Origin: a virus
Direction: 5' to 3' (one strand)
Virus record (IMG/VR): IMGVR_UViG_3300034072_001378
Span: 35,659 to 99,658 of that record
DNA: 64,000 nucleotides
In this document: piece after piece, positions 38,886 to 47,997 of the stretch
Layout of the letters: every line of letters starts with the position of its first letter
Numbering within the stretch: the stretch's first letter is position 1
Translations under genes and position numbers: made by a program
The notes under the pieces: generated by a model
What the model was told of the DNA's origin: nothing
Seen by the model: the letters and a program-made list of their open reading frames with translations, nothing else
Databases searched by the model: none

Positions 38886-40526
38886 ATGAAAAATGAATTG
38901 TTAGCAATTTTTAAAGCAATAACTCCTGATAACATTAAAGATTTACCTTTAATTTCAGATAGTATGGAGATTTTTATAGAACTACTATCTGAAAATTCTT
39001 ATATAAGTTCAGATGTAAAAAGAGCTCTTTCAGAAAGAACAACAGATAGTATTTCAGAGGAATTACCAAAAATATATTTATCTGATTATTATAGTATGAT
39101 AGAAAATTTAAGAACAAATAAAACAGTTGTTAATAAATTTAAAAAATGGAATGATACATTAAAACCAAATTTATATCCAATTGGTATGCCTGTTATTAGT
39201 GATAAGTTATTAATAAACTATTTTATTATAGGCGAAGAGGGTTCTCCTTTAATTGAAGAAGGTTCTGAAGGCGATACTGAATGGAATATAAGCCCACTTT
39301 CAGGTAAGTTGGATGAATTAAGTAAAAATATTTTAAAAAATACACCTGAAAATTACTATATTAATAGAAAATTTAAAGAATCAAAGGGATTAAAAAAATC
39401 AGTTCAATTTATTTATGATATTATTAATGAATATATGGTAAGTCCAGATGAAAGAAAACCGTTGGAATTTAATGAAACAGGTAATCCATTTGAGATAGAA
39501 TTAATCTCTGGATCAATAGATAAAGATCTATATGAAGAATCTGTTGCATATTTGGCACATCCATTAGGATTTACATATAATTATGTTTATAAATCAGAAA
39601 TGAATTTTGTTGATGATTTTTCATTAAGAAATTTTTACGATATAAAAATGCTAGAAGTTAGATGTTTAAATGGGAATATTGAGACTTATAATAAAGATGT
39701 TATTTTTGTGCAAGAAAAAATAAATTATTTAAAAATAATATTTTATGATGGAACTTATTTACTTCAAGAAAATGATGTTGTGAAGTATTTTAATGCAAAT
39801 GATACAATTATAAAATTATATCCACCTGAAAATCATTGTAGTATATATTTAGATTATGAAATAGTTTATGAAACGCGTGTTACAGATAAATTAGTATTTA
39901 AAGAACTTTCAGAACCATTTATTGATAATGTACAAATTTCTGATGATGAATGGTTTAAATATATTTTTAAAATAGATCAAAATAATTTTATTATTGGTTT
40001 TAGTTATATAGGTTCAGGAGATATTTTATCGGATGATTCAGATATATATGAATCAGTTAAAATAAAAGATGAATTTAATTCAGATTTAGAACATTTATTT
40101 ACTGAATCTTATATGGTGTTGGATGATTTAATTTATAGCACAAATATAATAAGTACAGATAATGTTGAAATAAATGAAACATTTAAATCAATAGATGAAG
40201 ATTATGTTCAAGATAATTATACATACAATATATCAGATATTTTAGATAGTTCATCTTTAAATAATATAACTGATGATTTTAATATAAATGATACTTTAAA
40301 TTCTAATTATGCATCTAGTTATACAGATATTAATAGTACAATTATAGATGATATTTTAAGTGCAGAAATAATTGAAGAAACTTCAGAAGATTTTAATATT
40401 ACTGCTTTGGATATATTTTTAGAACCTGAAACAAATAATACATTTATAGAACCAAATCAAAGTTCACCCGAAGAATCATATAACATACAAAATTCAATAG
40501 AAGAATTTAGTATCGAAATTATGTGA
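38886..40526 (+). CDS. baseplate wedge protein (gp7-like)
   Basis: follows gp6; KESKGL..SV..IY and LAHPLGF motifs; stop codon overlaps the adjacent IS remnant end. Confidence 0.55.
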   Translation: MKNELLAIFKAITPDNIKDLPLISDSMEIFIELLSENSYISSDVKRALSERTTDSISEELPKIYLSDYYSMIENLRTNKTVVNKFKKWNDTLKPNLYPIGMPVISDKLLINYFIIGEEGSPLIEEGSEGDTEWNISPLSGKLDELSKNILKNTPENYYINRKFKESKGLKKSVQFIYDIINEYMVSPDERKPLEFNETGNPFEIELISGSIDKDLYEESVAYLAHPLGFTYNYVYKSEMNFVDDFSLRNFYDIKMLEVRCLNGNIETYNKDVIFVQEKINYLKIIFYDGTYLLQENDVVKYFNANDTIIKLYPPENHCSIYLDYEIVYETRVTDKLVFKELSEPFIDNVQISDDEWFKYIFKIDQNNFIIGFSYIGSGDILSDDSDIYESVKIKDEFNSDLEHLFTESYMVLDDLIYSTNIISTDNVEINETFKSIDEDYVQDNYTYNISDILDSSSLNNITDDFNINDTLNSNYASSYTDINSTIIDDILSAEIIEETSEDFNITALDIFLEPETNNTFIEPNQSSPEESYNIQNSIEEFSIEIM

Positions 40527-40885
40527 AATGCTTGTGCTTCATAATTAAAATTTTCTATTGAAAATTAACAAAAGGCTAACCGGGCAGTCCATGCCCTTAG
40601 CTAGAGCTTAAGCTCTAGCTATTATATTAAAACTATTTTTAAGATGATAAGATAATGTAATATTCCAAGCTTAATTAAAAGAAATGAAATGATTGTCTAA
40701 AGTTCAATTTGAGTTTTATTTGGGACAAATTTGTACTTAAAAACTTTATTTATTTTCATTTCTTTAATCTCCTTTTAAAATATTTTTATATAGATTATAA
40801 CATATAAATTAATTTCATATAGAAGAAAAAAGAAAAAGCTAATTCATCTCCTACCTAAAGAAAGGGAGTCTTCTTAGCTTAAAGA
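40524..40885 (-). mobile_element. internally deleted IS200/IS605-family (tnpB) element
   Basis: minus strand: end hairpin agctaagaagactccc..taggagatgaattagct, aggag RBS, MKINKVFKYKFVPNKTQIEL then frameshifted NHF..FN*AWN, jumping to a 24-bp palindrome and gaagcacaagcatttca end. Confidence 0.65.
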
Positions 40886-41009
40886 CTGATAAAAGTCTAA
40901 AAGGAAATTCGCACATTTAGTACTAAACACAAACATTTAAACAAAAATTATTGCATAAAGAAATTTTTTGTTAGTCTAAAATATAAATAATAATAAAAAG
41001 GAAATTGAA

Positions 41010-41573
41010 ATGAAAGATTTATACACAAATAAAGTAAAAGGTCATATAGTAATTGAGTGCTTAGATTCAAATAAAAATGTTATTGATAGATTTGAAAATA
41101 AGAACTTAATTATGGATAGTGCTAGAATTGCGATGTCTGATATTTTATGTGGTTTGGGTACAGCTGAACCAATTGAAAAATTTGTTCTTGGAACAGAAGG
41201 TCATGTTACTGGTGATTATTTAACACCTAAAACAGAATTGGAAGGATTTGTTAGTTCAAGAACACAATTATTTTCAGAAGAATTAAGTTCATATACTTAC
41301 CCAATTGTATTTACAAATCCTGGTGTTGCTATTGGAGCATGCACAATTGTTTCTGAACCAGATAGCGGTACAACTATAAATTTAGATCATACTGGAACTG
41401 ATGTTCAATATATAATTGAAATACCCGAATTGGCGGCAAATAACACAGGTGTTGTTGTTTTTACTGAAGCTGCTTTATATGCTGGAACAAATATATTCAG
41501 TATGAAATGCTTCCCAGGTAAAATTAAAGATAATACTGTTTCTTTAAAAATCACTTGGACTATTAAGTTATAA
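41010..41573 (+). CDS. baseplate/tail-fibre attachment protein
   Basis: KGHIVIE......F.NKNLIM, F.LGT, FTEAALY, K.TW.I pattern; late promoter upstream. Confidence 0.6.
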   Translation: MKDLYTNKVKGHIVIECLDSNKNVIDRFENKNLIMDSARIAMSDILCGLGTAEPIEKFVLGTEGHVTGDYLTPKTELEGFVSSRTQLFSEELSSYTYPIVFTNPGVAIGACTIVSEPDSGTTINLDHTGTDVQYIIEIPELAANNTGVVVFTEAALYAGTNIFSMKCFPGKIKDNTVSLKITWTIKL

Positions 41574-41586
41574 TGATTACTCATTA

Positions 41587-41747
41587 AAAGTTTAAAGCTA
41601 GATAGAAATATCTAGCTTTTTTAGTTTAGAAGAACTTAAACAAATTTAAGTTCAAAAAATTCTTTAAATTTATATTCTTATAACTAAAACACATTATCTA
41701 TTTGCTTTTAAGTTTAAAAAATCTTTTAAAATTCTAAAATATAAATA
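41587..41747 (+). repeat. ~150-bp intergenic cassette (terminator + two motifs + late promoter), near-copy of 11209-11364
   Basis: aaagtttaaagctagatagaaatatctagcttttttagtttagaaga identical in both copies. Confidence 0.8.
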
Positions 41748-41778
41748 TCTATATAAATTATATAAAGGAGAAATAACA

Positions 41779-41946
41779 ATGATAATTGGCGAACATAATC
41801 TTATTATTGGTAAAAATTATACTGTTATTTCTGATTTTAGCTTAACTGCATTTTTTGCTTTTAAAAATACTTTAAATTTTACGATAAAATTATTTAATAA
41901 TATAATTATTAAAATTATTCCTATATCAAATTCACCACCATTTTAA
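41779..41946 (+). CDS. small hypothetical protein (55 aa, below ORF-track cutoff)
   Basis: aaggag RBS, ATG, open to TAA at 41946; late promoter 41740-41747. Confidence 0.35.
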   Translation: MIIGEHNLIIGKNYTVISDFSLTAFFAFKNTLNFTIKLFNNIIIKIIPISNSPPF

Positions 41947-41990
41947 AATTATAAATAATTAAAAATATAAAATAAAAATAGGAGAAAAAT

Positions 41991-42377
41991 ATGGCAATTA
42001 CGACATATACGGATTTTGTTAATAATTATTTAACAAAAAATGGGATGATTGGGAATGCTGCTAATATTAATAAAGCACCAGACCAATTAAAATTAGAAAT
42101 TGATGAAGTTAATTTAAGTATTACTAATGCGAATATTTCTAGAGCAGATAAGTTTTTGGCTGCTCAAAATATAGCGAATATGATATACAATACTTCAGGA
42201 GATTTAATAAAAATAAGATATACAAATAATACAGATGTTAATTATGAAGTTCTAGCTTATAATACAAATGGTGATTTAATAACAATTCAGCATTATGTTG
42301 AAAGTATTCTAAATGGTACCACAACTTTAAGTTATACTGCTGGTGAATTAACATCTGTAGTTTATATAGCTGCATAG
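41991..42377 (+). CDS. hypothetical tail-associated protein
   Basis: strong RBS, Y...GDL repeats, heads the fibre cluster. Confidence 0.55.
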   Translation: MAITTYTDFVNNYLTKNGMIGNAANINKAPDQLKLEIDEVNLSITNANISRADKFLAAQNIANMIYNTSGDLIKIRYTNNTDVNYEVLAYNTNGDLITIQHYVESILNGTTTLSYTAGELTSVVYIAA

Positions 42378-42385
42378 GAGTTTAA

Positions 42386-43015
42386 ATGGATGCAATAAGT
42401 TATTCACATAGTGCCAAACAAGCACGAAGAATTAAAAAATTTATAAATAATCCTGATAGTGATTCAGGTGTAGTAACTGTACCAAGTACAATTGCTACTG
42501 GTGAGACGATTACAGTACCAGCAGGTAGAACAGCTATTTTACCAGATGTAACTGTAGAAGGTGATTTAGTAGTTGAAGGTGGTGTATTTATTCCTACTGG
42601 AAGTACATATACACAAGAGACTATTAAGACTGAAGCTATTAGTAATGTAGCTGGGACTACTGTTGTTGATGTTACTGATATAGCTAAAAGTAGTGTTATT
42701 ACACCTGCATTAGCTTTAAAAGCAAATACTACGGATTTAAAAGAAATTGGAGTAGGTCAAACTTGGCAAGATGTTACAACTAGTAGAAGTTTAGGGGTTA
42801 CATATACAAATACAACTGGTAAACCAATAGAAATAAAAGTATCTGTAAATTGTACTGCTGGAACTGGAAATACTCTAAGAATTAATGGAAATCCTATTGA
42901 CACTATAACAGACCAGTCAGCTGGTCTACATTCGTTTTCTGCAATTATTCCAAATAATTCAAAATACATGATAGATAATTTTAATACTATATCAAGATGG
43001 TCAGAACTAAGATAA
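42386..43015 (+). CDS. tail fibre protein 1
   Basis: C-terminal GVGQTWQDVT.SR..GVTYTNTTGKPI fibre-tip domain ending WSELR. Confidence 0.75.
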   Translation: MDAISYSHSAKQARRIKKFINNPDSDSGVVTVPSTIATGETITVPAGRTAILPDVTVEGDLVVEGGVFIPTGSTYTQETIKTEAISNVAGTTVVDVTDIAKSSVITPALALKANTTDLKEIGVGQTWQDVTTSRSLGVTYTNTTGKPIEIKVSVNCTAGTGNTLRINGNPIDTITDQSAGLHSFSAIIPNNSKYMIDNFNTISRWSELR

Positions 43016-43024
43016 GGACAATAA

Positions 43025-43348
43025 ATGAGAAATTTTTTTAAAGATGAAAATAATAAGGTTTATGAGTATGATAACGAGCAAGTAAAGCAAGGATATGGAA
43101 AGGATTTAATTTCTATAACAGAAGAAGAAATGTTAGCAATAACAAATCCGCCTAAAACAGAAGAACAATTACTAGCTGAAAAAAATCAAGAAGCTAACTC
43201 ATACCTAACTCAAACAGATTGGGTAGAAACTTATAAACTTAGACATGATTTAGGATTAGAATTAATTCCAGAAGATAGCTCTAAATGGGAAGTTATAAAT
43301 AAAAGAGAAGAATATAAAACATTCTTAAAATCAATAGGAGGTAACTAA
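43025..43348 (+). CDS. tail fibre assembly chaperone-like 1
   Basis: FFKDENNKVYEY, A..YL..TDW, KREEY motifs; follows a fibre gene. Confidence 0.65.
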   Translation: MRNFFKDENNKVYEYDNEQVKQGYGKDLISITEEEMLAITNPPKTEEQLLAEKNQEANSYLTQTDWVETYKLRHDLGLELIPEDSSKWEVINKREEYKTFLKSIGGN

Positions 43349-45729
43349 TGGGTTTACTTTTACAAGGTGGTAGTGGAAACATTGCCAATATACAATTTGA
43401 GGGTGGTGATGGAAACAAATCTATCATCATTCCTAAAGAAGGTGGCAGATTAGCTATTGGAGCTAATTTATCAGGAGTAGCACCTTATAATTTATTAGCT
43501 GGAGATTTAAGTGTAAGTAATGAAGTTATTACTAATGGATTTAGTACAACGTTATATACTGGTAGTGGCAGTGCTAACACCATTAATACTGGTATAGATA
43601 TGGACACACAACATGGTAATGATGCTAGTGAGAGATTTGGAGGGTTAGTATGGTTAAAGAGCAGAAGCTTAGTATCTAATAATGCTTTTTTTGATACAGT
43701 TAGAGGTGCTACAAAGTATGTAGTGCCAAATACAACTGATACAGAAATAACTCAAGTTGCTTCTGTAACTTCATTTAATAATAATGGATTTAGCTTAGGT
43801 ACTTCATTTAATACAAATTTAGCTACCTATGTGTCTTGGAACTTCCAAACAACACATAGAAGAACTGGTACTACAAATCACGGTAAAACATTTACTGAAC
43901 ATTATAATCCATTTACAGGATTTACAATTATTAAGTACGAAGGAAGTGGTTTAGCTGGGCACGAGATACCACATGCATTAGGTAGAAAGTTAGGGTTTGT
44001 AGCTGTTAAGAATTTAAGTGCTACTGTAAATTGGGTAGTAACAAATGAAAGTAATAAATTTATGTATCTAAATTTAACTGACGCAATCACTTCAAGTATT
44101 GTTGCTTTTGGCGATGTACTAAATAACGTCGTAACTATTAATACATCTGCGTCTGTAAACACATCAACAAACCAATATATAATGTACGGTTGGGCTAATA
44201 GTTACTTTGATGAGTCTAATAAACTAATAGGTAATTATGAAATAGGTACTTATCAAGGTACTGGAGCAGCTGGTAATAAAATTACAACTAGAGATAAACC
44301 GGCTTGGTTATTAATTAAAAGATTGGACGCAGCTGCAGATTGGGTAATTATAGATAACCAAAGAACGACAAAATATTTATTAGCTAATAGTTCTCAAGCT
44401 GAGATTGATGATGTAAATGATGTACTATTTAGTTCTCTAGATTTTACTATCAATAGTACCGGAACGACATGGAATGCTTCAGGCGGACAATACCTATATA
44501 TGGTAGTATATGACAATGACTCTGGTTCAGGTAAATCAAAATATCCAAGAGCTACTGATACAAGTAACTTACAAATCAATAATGCTTTAATACCTTTTGC
44601 TAATGGTATAGATAGTAATGGTACTAAGAATAGTATTATAAGTAAGAATGAAAGTATTACTGGATTAACTTATACAGCTGGTAAGAACTATGTTTATACT
44701 TTAGAAAATGGTACTTATGGAGTTAAACCATTTAGACCTAGATACTTAAGAAGTGATTTAGTAGCTGAAAGAGCTGGAGATAACCCTGATTACTTTGATG
44801 TATTTAGTAATAAATGGTTTAGTACAATTGCAAGTAGTGAGTTAGTTACTAATGGTACATTTACTGATGGGACTACAACTGGTTGGATTTCTACATTGGG
44901 TACTTCAATATCTAATGTTAGTAGTACATTAAGAATATCTGCGTTAAGAGCTACAGTAGGAAAGACATATACAAATGTAAGTCTTATACCTGGCAAAAGA
45001 TATAAATTGAAACTTAATTATTCACAAGTTAATACAAATATGTTATTTTATTGCTGGTTTGAAAACTCTAGTGATGTAGAACAGCTTAGAGTTTTAACTG
45101 GAGCTAGTAGTGGTACAGTAGACTATGAATTTATTGCACAAAACGGGTATGATAGATTAGTTACTTATGTTGGTGGAGGTGCTAGTGGTGACGGGTTATA
45201 TTCCATAGATAATGTAAGTATTTATCCAATTGATTTGGTTTTAGACACAGAAATACCATCAAGAAACTATATGAATCATATAGTGTATGCAGATGCTAAT
45301 GGACAATTAACTTATGAAGAAGAATTACCTAAAACTCAATACTTTGATAGAATTGAAACATCTGAAAATAGGAAAGTAATTTACTTAGCTGACAGAGGTA
45401 TTAGCGCTATTCAAGTTAATAAAAGATACGTTTTAGAAAATCCATTTGGAAATGAGAATTTTATGGATTGTGACACCAAGCTAGAGATTTATGATAGTGG
45501 TATAAATGATTGGATTAGCATTGGTGGAATAACTCAATCATCATCTTTATATTTTGGCTCAAATGTATACTCTATAAAGGAAGGCATAGAAATTACAACA
45601 GCATCAAATAACTTAGCTAGAGCAGATACAGCATATGGTAATCAATCAAAACCAGCTTCTGGTAACCTTACTTCTGCGCCAGCTAGAGTAACAATTCAAT
45701 ATAATGGAAAAACAGGGAGAGTAAAATAA
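43348..45729 (+). CDS. tail fibre/receptor-binding protein 2
   Basis: GGLVWLKSRS, GFTIIKYEGSG, PAWLLIKR.D beta-rich repeats; carbohydrate-binding-like ELVTNGTF module. Confidence 0.75.
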   Translation: MGLLLQGGSGNIANIQFEGGDGNKSIIIPKEGGRLAIGANLSGVAPYNLLAGDLSVSNEVITNGFSTTLYTGSGSANTINTGIDMDTQHGNDASERFGGLVWLKSRSLVSNNAFFDTVRGATKYVVPNTTDTEITQVASVTSFNNNGFSLGTSFNTNLATYVSWNFQTTHRRTGTTNHGKTFTEHYNPFTGFTIIKYEGSGLAGHEIPHALGRKLGFVAVKNLSATVNWVVTNESNKFMYLNLTDAITSSIVAFGDVLNNVVTINTSASVNTSTNQYIMYGWANSYFDESNKLIGNYEIGTYQGTGAAGNKITTRDKPAWLLIKRLDAAADWVIIDNQRTTKYLLANSSQAEIDDVNDVLFSSLDFTINSTGTTWNASGGQYLYMVVYDNDSGSGKSKYPRATDTSNLQINNALIPFANGIDSNGTKNSIISKNESITGLTYTAGKNYVYTLENGTYGVKPFRPRYLRSDLVAERAGDNPDYFDVFSNKWFSTIASSELVTNGTFTDGTTTGWISTLGTSISNVSSTLRISALRATVGKTYTNVSLIPGKRYKLKLNYSQVNTNMLFYCWFENSSDVEQLRVLTGASSGTVDYEFIAQNGYDRLVTYVGGGASGDGLYSIDNVSIYPIDLVLDTEIPSRNYMNHIVYADANGQLTYEEELPKTQYFDRIETSENRKVIYLADRGISAIQVNKRYVLENPFGNENFMDCDTKLEIYDSGINDWISIGGITQSSSLYFGSNVYSIKEGIEITTASNNLARADTAYGNQSKPASGNLTSAPARVTIQYNGKTGRVK

Positions 45730-46058
45730 TGGAAATATCAGTAATAATAAATGGAGTACCTCAAATGGTAGCAGTTTCTAAGCTAGAAGCTCTACCTGAT
45801 GGAACATTTGCAGAATATTACAACGAAGATGGTACTATTGATACAGTGACAGAAGATAGAGTGAAAGCTGAAAAAGAAGCTAAAGATAGTATCAACGAAG
45901 CTAAGCAATATCTAACAGATACAGATTGGATAGTTGTTAAGCTACAAGAAGCACAATTACTTGGAACAGATATATCTGAAATGCTTACAAAGTATTCTAC
46001 AGAACTTACAAAAAGAGAAGAATGCAGAGCTTTAATAAATAAATTAGGAGGTAACTAA
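45729..46058 (+). CDS. tail fibre assembly chaperone-like 2
   Basis: AKQYLTDTDW..VK and KREECR motifs. Confidence 0.65.
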   Translation: MEISVIINGVPQMVAVSKLEALPDGTFAEYYNEDGTIDTVTEDRVKAEKEAKDSINEAKQYLTDTDWIVVKLQEAQLLGTDISEMLTKYSTELTKREECRALINKLGGN

Positions 46059-47230
46059 TGATAAAAATTAGTGGGACAACTGGTATAGATATGGGAGGAA
46101 ACCCTGTATCTAATGCTACAGACGTTGAAACAAATAGAGGAAATTTAACTGAAGTTTTTGACTTTACTTCATTTAGCAAACCAAATGAATATAAAAATAA
46201 AGTTATATTTACAAAAACTGATCCAGCTGGATTCTCAATACCTGCTGGTGTAATTGTTAAAGTAAATAATAATGTTATAAAACTAGAAAATATAATTAAT
46301 TTAAGTTTAAATACAAATCTAGACATTGGGGCGAAAGTGCCTGGAACAGATTATTATGTTTATATTTCAGAAGATGGATCTGCTTTTATTAGTGCAAATA
46401 AGAATATTACAACATCTAGATTAATAGGTGGATTTCATTATGGATTAACAGGCGAAACTGAAATAAGACCTTCACCGTCTTTAAAAACTGAATCAGATAT
46501 GATTATGAATAGAGGTATTAAAGGATATTCATTTTGGGATTTGGCTTGGTTACCTTCTAATGGAATACCAGAAGGTAAGGTTCTAGTTAATAATATGTTT
46601 TGGAGAGATATATACCCAGCTGATTCAGATTACGCAATAAGAGGTTATAGTTCTTGTTTTGCGATAGGTGGAGGTATTGCAAAACTTGCGGGTGGAGCAG
46701 CAACAAACGGGAGATTATTTCCAAAAATACCAATAAGTTATGGTGGTAATGGTACTATTAATTATGGATCTTTAACATGGTATGAATCTTCTGAAATTGC
46801 GGGTTCTGTAGGTGGAAGATTGCCTAATTACGCAGAATTTGCAAATAGTTCTTATGGTGTTGTTGAACAAAAATCTCTTGGAGAGTTAGGTTACGCAACA
46901 GGAACAGGAAATATACAACATTATCCAGAACTTGAAAGTAAATGGGGTGTTGAGATGGCGACGGGTGTTCAATATTATTGGGGTTCACAGATTATGAATG
47001 GGTATGGGACCACTGATTTTGCTCATAGATTAAATTTAACAGAAGGCAGGGGGTCTTTATACTCTACATCAAACTCACCTATAGGTATAAGATTAGGTGG
47101 TTATGAATTAGGTACGAGTACCGCTGATGTAGCTGGTTCACGTTACTTGAATTTGTCTGATTATGTGTGGCGCACTGATTGGTATTATGGTTTTTGCGTA
47201 CTTTGTGACCACATGAACCTTGCGGTGTGA
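46058..47230 (+). CDS. DGR target protein: tail fibre/major tropism determinant-like (CLec fold) with C-terminal VR
   Basis: IGGFHYG, FWDL.W.P, RLP.Y.EF, S.WG..MATG...WG, GSRY.N...W and CDH C-terminus; VR matches TR. Confidence 0.9.
   Translation: MIKISGTTGIDMGGNPVSNATDVETNRGNLTEVFDFTSFSKPNEYKNKVIFTKTDPAGFSIPAGVIVKVNNNVIKLENIINLSLNTNLDIGAKVPGTDYYVYISEDGSAFISANKNITTSRLIGGFHYGLTGETEIRPSPSLKTESDMIMNRGIKGYSFWDLAWLPSNGIPEGKVLVNNMFWRDIYPADSDYAIRGYSSCFAIGGGIAKLAGGAATNGRLFPKIPISYGGNGTINYGSLTWYESSEIAGSVGGRLPNYAEFANSSYGVVEQKSLGELGYATGTGNIQHYPELESKWGVEMATGVQYYWGSQIMNGYGTTDFAHRLNLTEGRGSLYSTSNSPIGIRLGGYELGTSTADVAGSRYLNLSDYVWRTDWYYGFCVLCDHMNLAV
47116..47212 (+). repeat. DGR variable repeat (VR)
   Basis: 97 bp aligned without gaps to 47738-47834; 13 mismatches, all at TR adenines. 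Confidence 0.97.
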
Positions 47231-47244
47231 GTGAAAACTCACAC
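47225..47244 (+). promoter_or_regulatory. DGR target-recognition hairpin downstream of VR/IMH
   Basis: gtgtgagt-gaaa-actcacac, perfect 8-bp stem with GAAA loop overlapping the target stop codon. Confidence 0.88.
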
Positions 47245-47271
47245 ATAAATACATTACACTAAAGGATAACA

Positions 47272-47697
47272 TTGCAAATAATAAACGAAACAAATAAAAT
47301 GATAGAAGATTTTTTAAAGATACAGAATATAAAAAAATTTCTAGAGGAAGATCTTGGCGAAAATATAATTATAATTAGAAAATATGATGCATTTCTTAGA
47401 TATGTTTATCCAATTATGCTAAAAATACCAAATGAGCACAAATATCTAAAGGATTCTTTAATTTCTAATATTTTTGAGACTATAGATCTGATAAATAAAG
47501 CTTTAAAAACTGATCAAATATCTAAATTATATGAAATTGATGCTAATCTTTCATCAATTAGATATAAAATTAAATTCTTAAGTTCAGAAAAAATAAGATC
47601 AGTATCGACCGAACAACTGAAAATTTCTAATATATTACTTTCTGAAGTTGGTTCTATTCTAAACTCTTGGATTACAAGTAAAAGAAGTAGAAGCTAA
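47272..47697 (+). CDS. avd: accessory variability determinant (Avd, four-helix bundle); TTG start uncertain
   Basis: P.M..IP..HK.L...L, LYEIDA.L..IR..I.FL, IS..Q......LL.EVG.IL..W pattern; between VR and TR. Confidence 0.85.
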   Translation: MQIINETNKMIEDFLKIQNIKKFLEEDLGENIIIIRKYDAFLRYVYPIMLKIPNEHKYLKDSLISNIFETIDLINKALKTDQISKLYEIDANLSSIRYKIKFLSSEKIRSVSTEQLKISNILLSEVGSILNSWITSKRSRS

Positions 47698-47737
47698 ATA
47701 TAAATATAATGTACCTAATGGTACAGGGTTAAAGATA

Positions 47738-47834
47738 GAGTACCGATAATGTAGCTGGTTCACGTAACTTGAATTTGAATAATTATGTGTGGAACACTAA
47801 TTGGAATAATGGTTTTTGCGTACTTTGTGACAAA
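47738..47834 (+). ncRNA. DGR template repeat (TR)
   Basis: non-coding, nine AAY codons in target frame, matches VR except at adenines. Confidence 0.97.
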
Positions 47835-47997
47835 TTTATTTAGAAATAGGTCAGTCAGAACTGCTAAGGCACAATGGTGATCTTCAATTTTAAATGGTCA
47901 GCTTTAATCCCGTGTAAACAAATTATATGGGTCTGGATAACTACGAGTACGACAATATGTTTGGAAAGTAGAAGCCAGCATTTAACAAAGGAATTTA

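Noticed and set aside
43348-45729. Second VR target in fibre 2 or elsewhere in the window
   Set aside because: No second match to TR seen by eye; a BLASTn-short of 47738-47834 on the full genome is needed to exclude remote targets
42420-46000. Apparent composition shift suggesting recent horizontal acquisition of the fibre genes
   Set aside because: Could be explained by Thr/Gly/Ser/Val-rich amino-acid content; cannot be separated without codon-usage statistics
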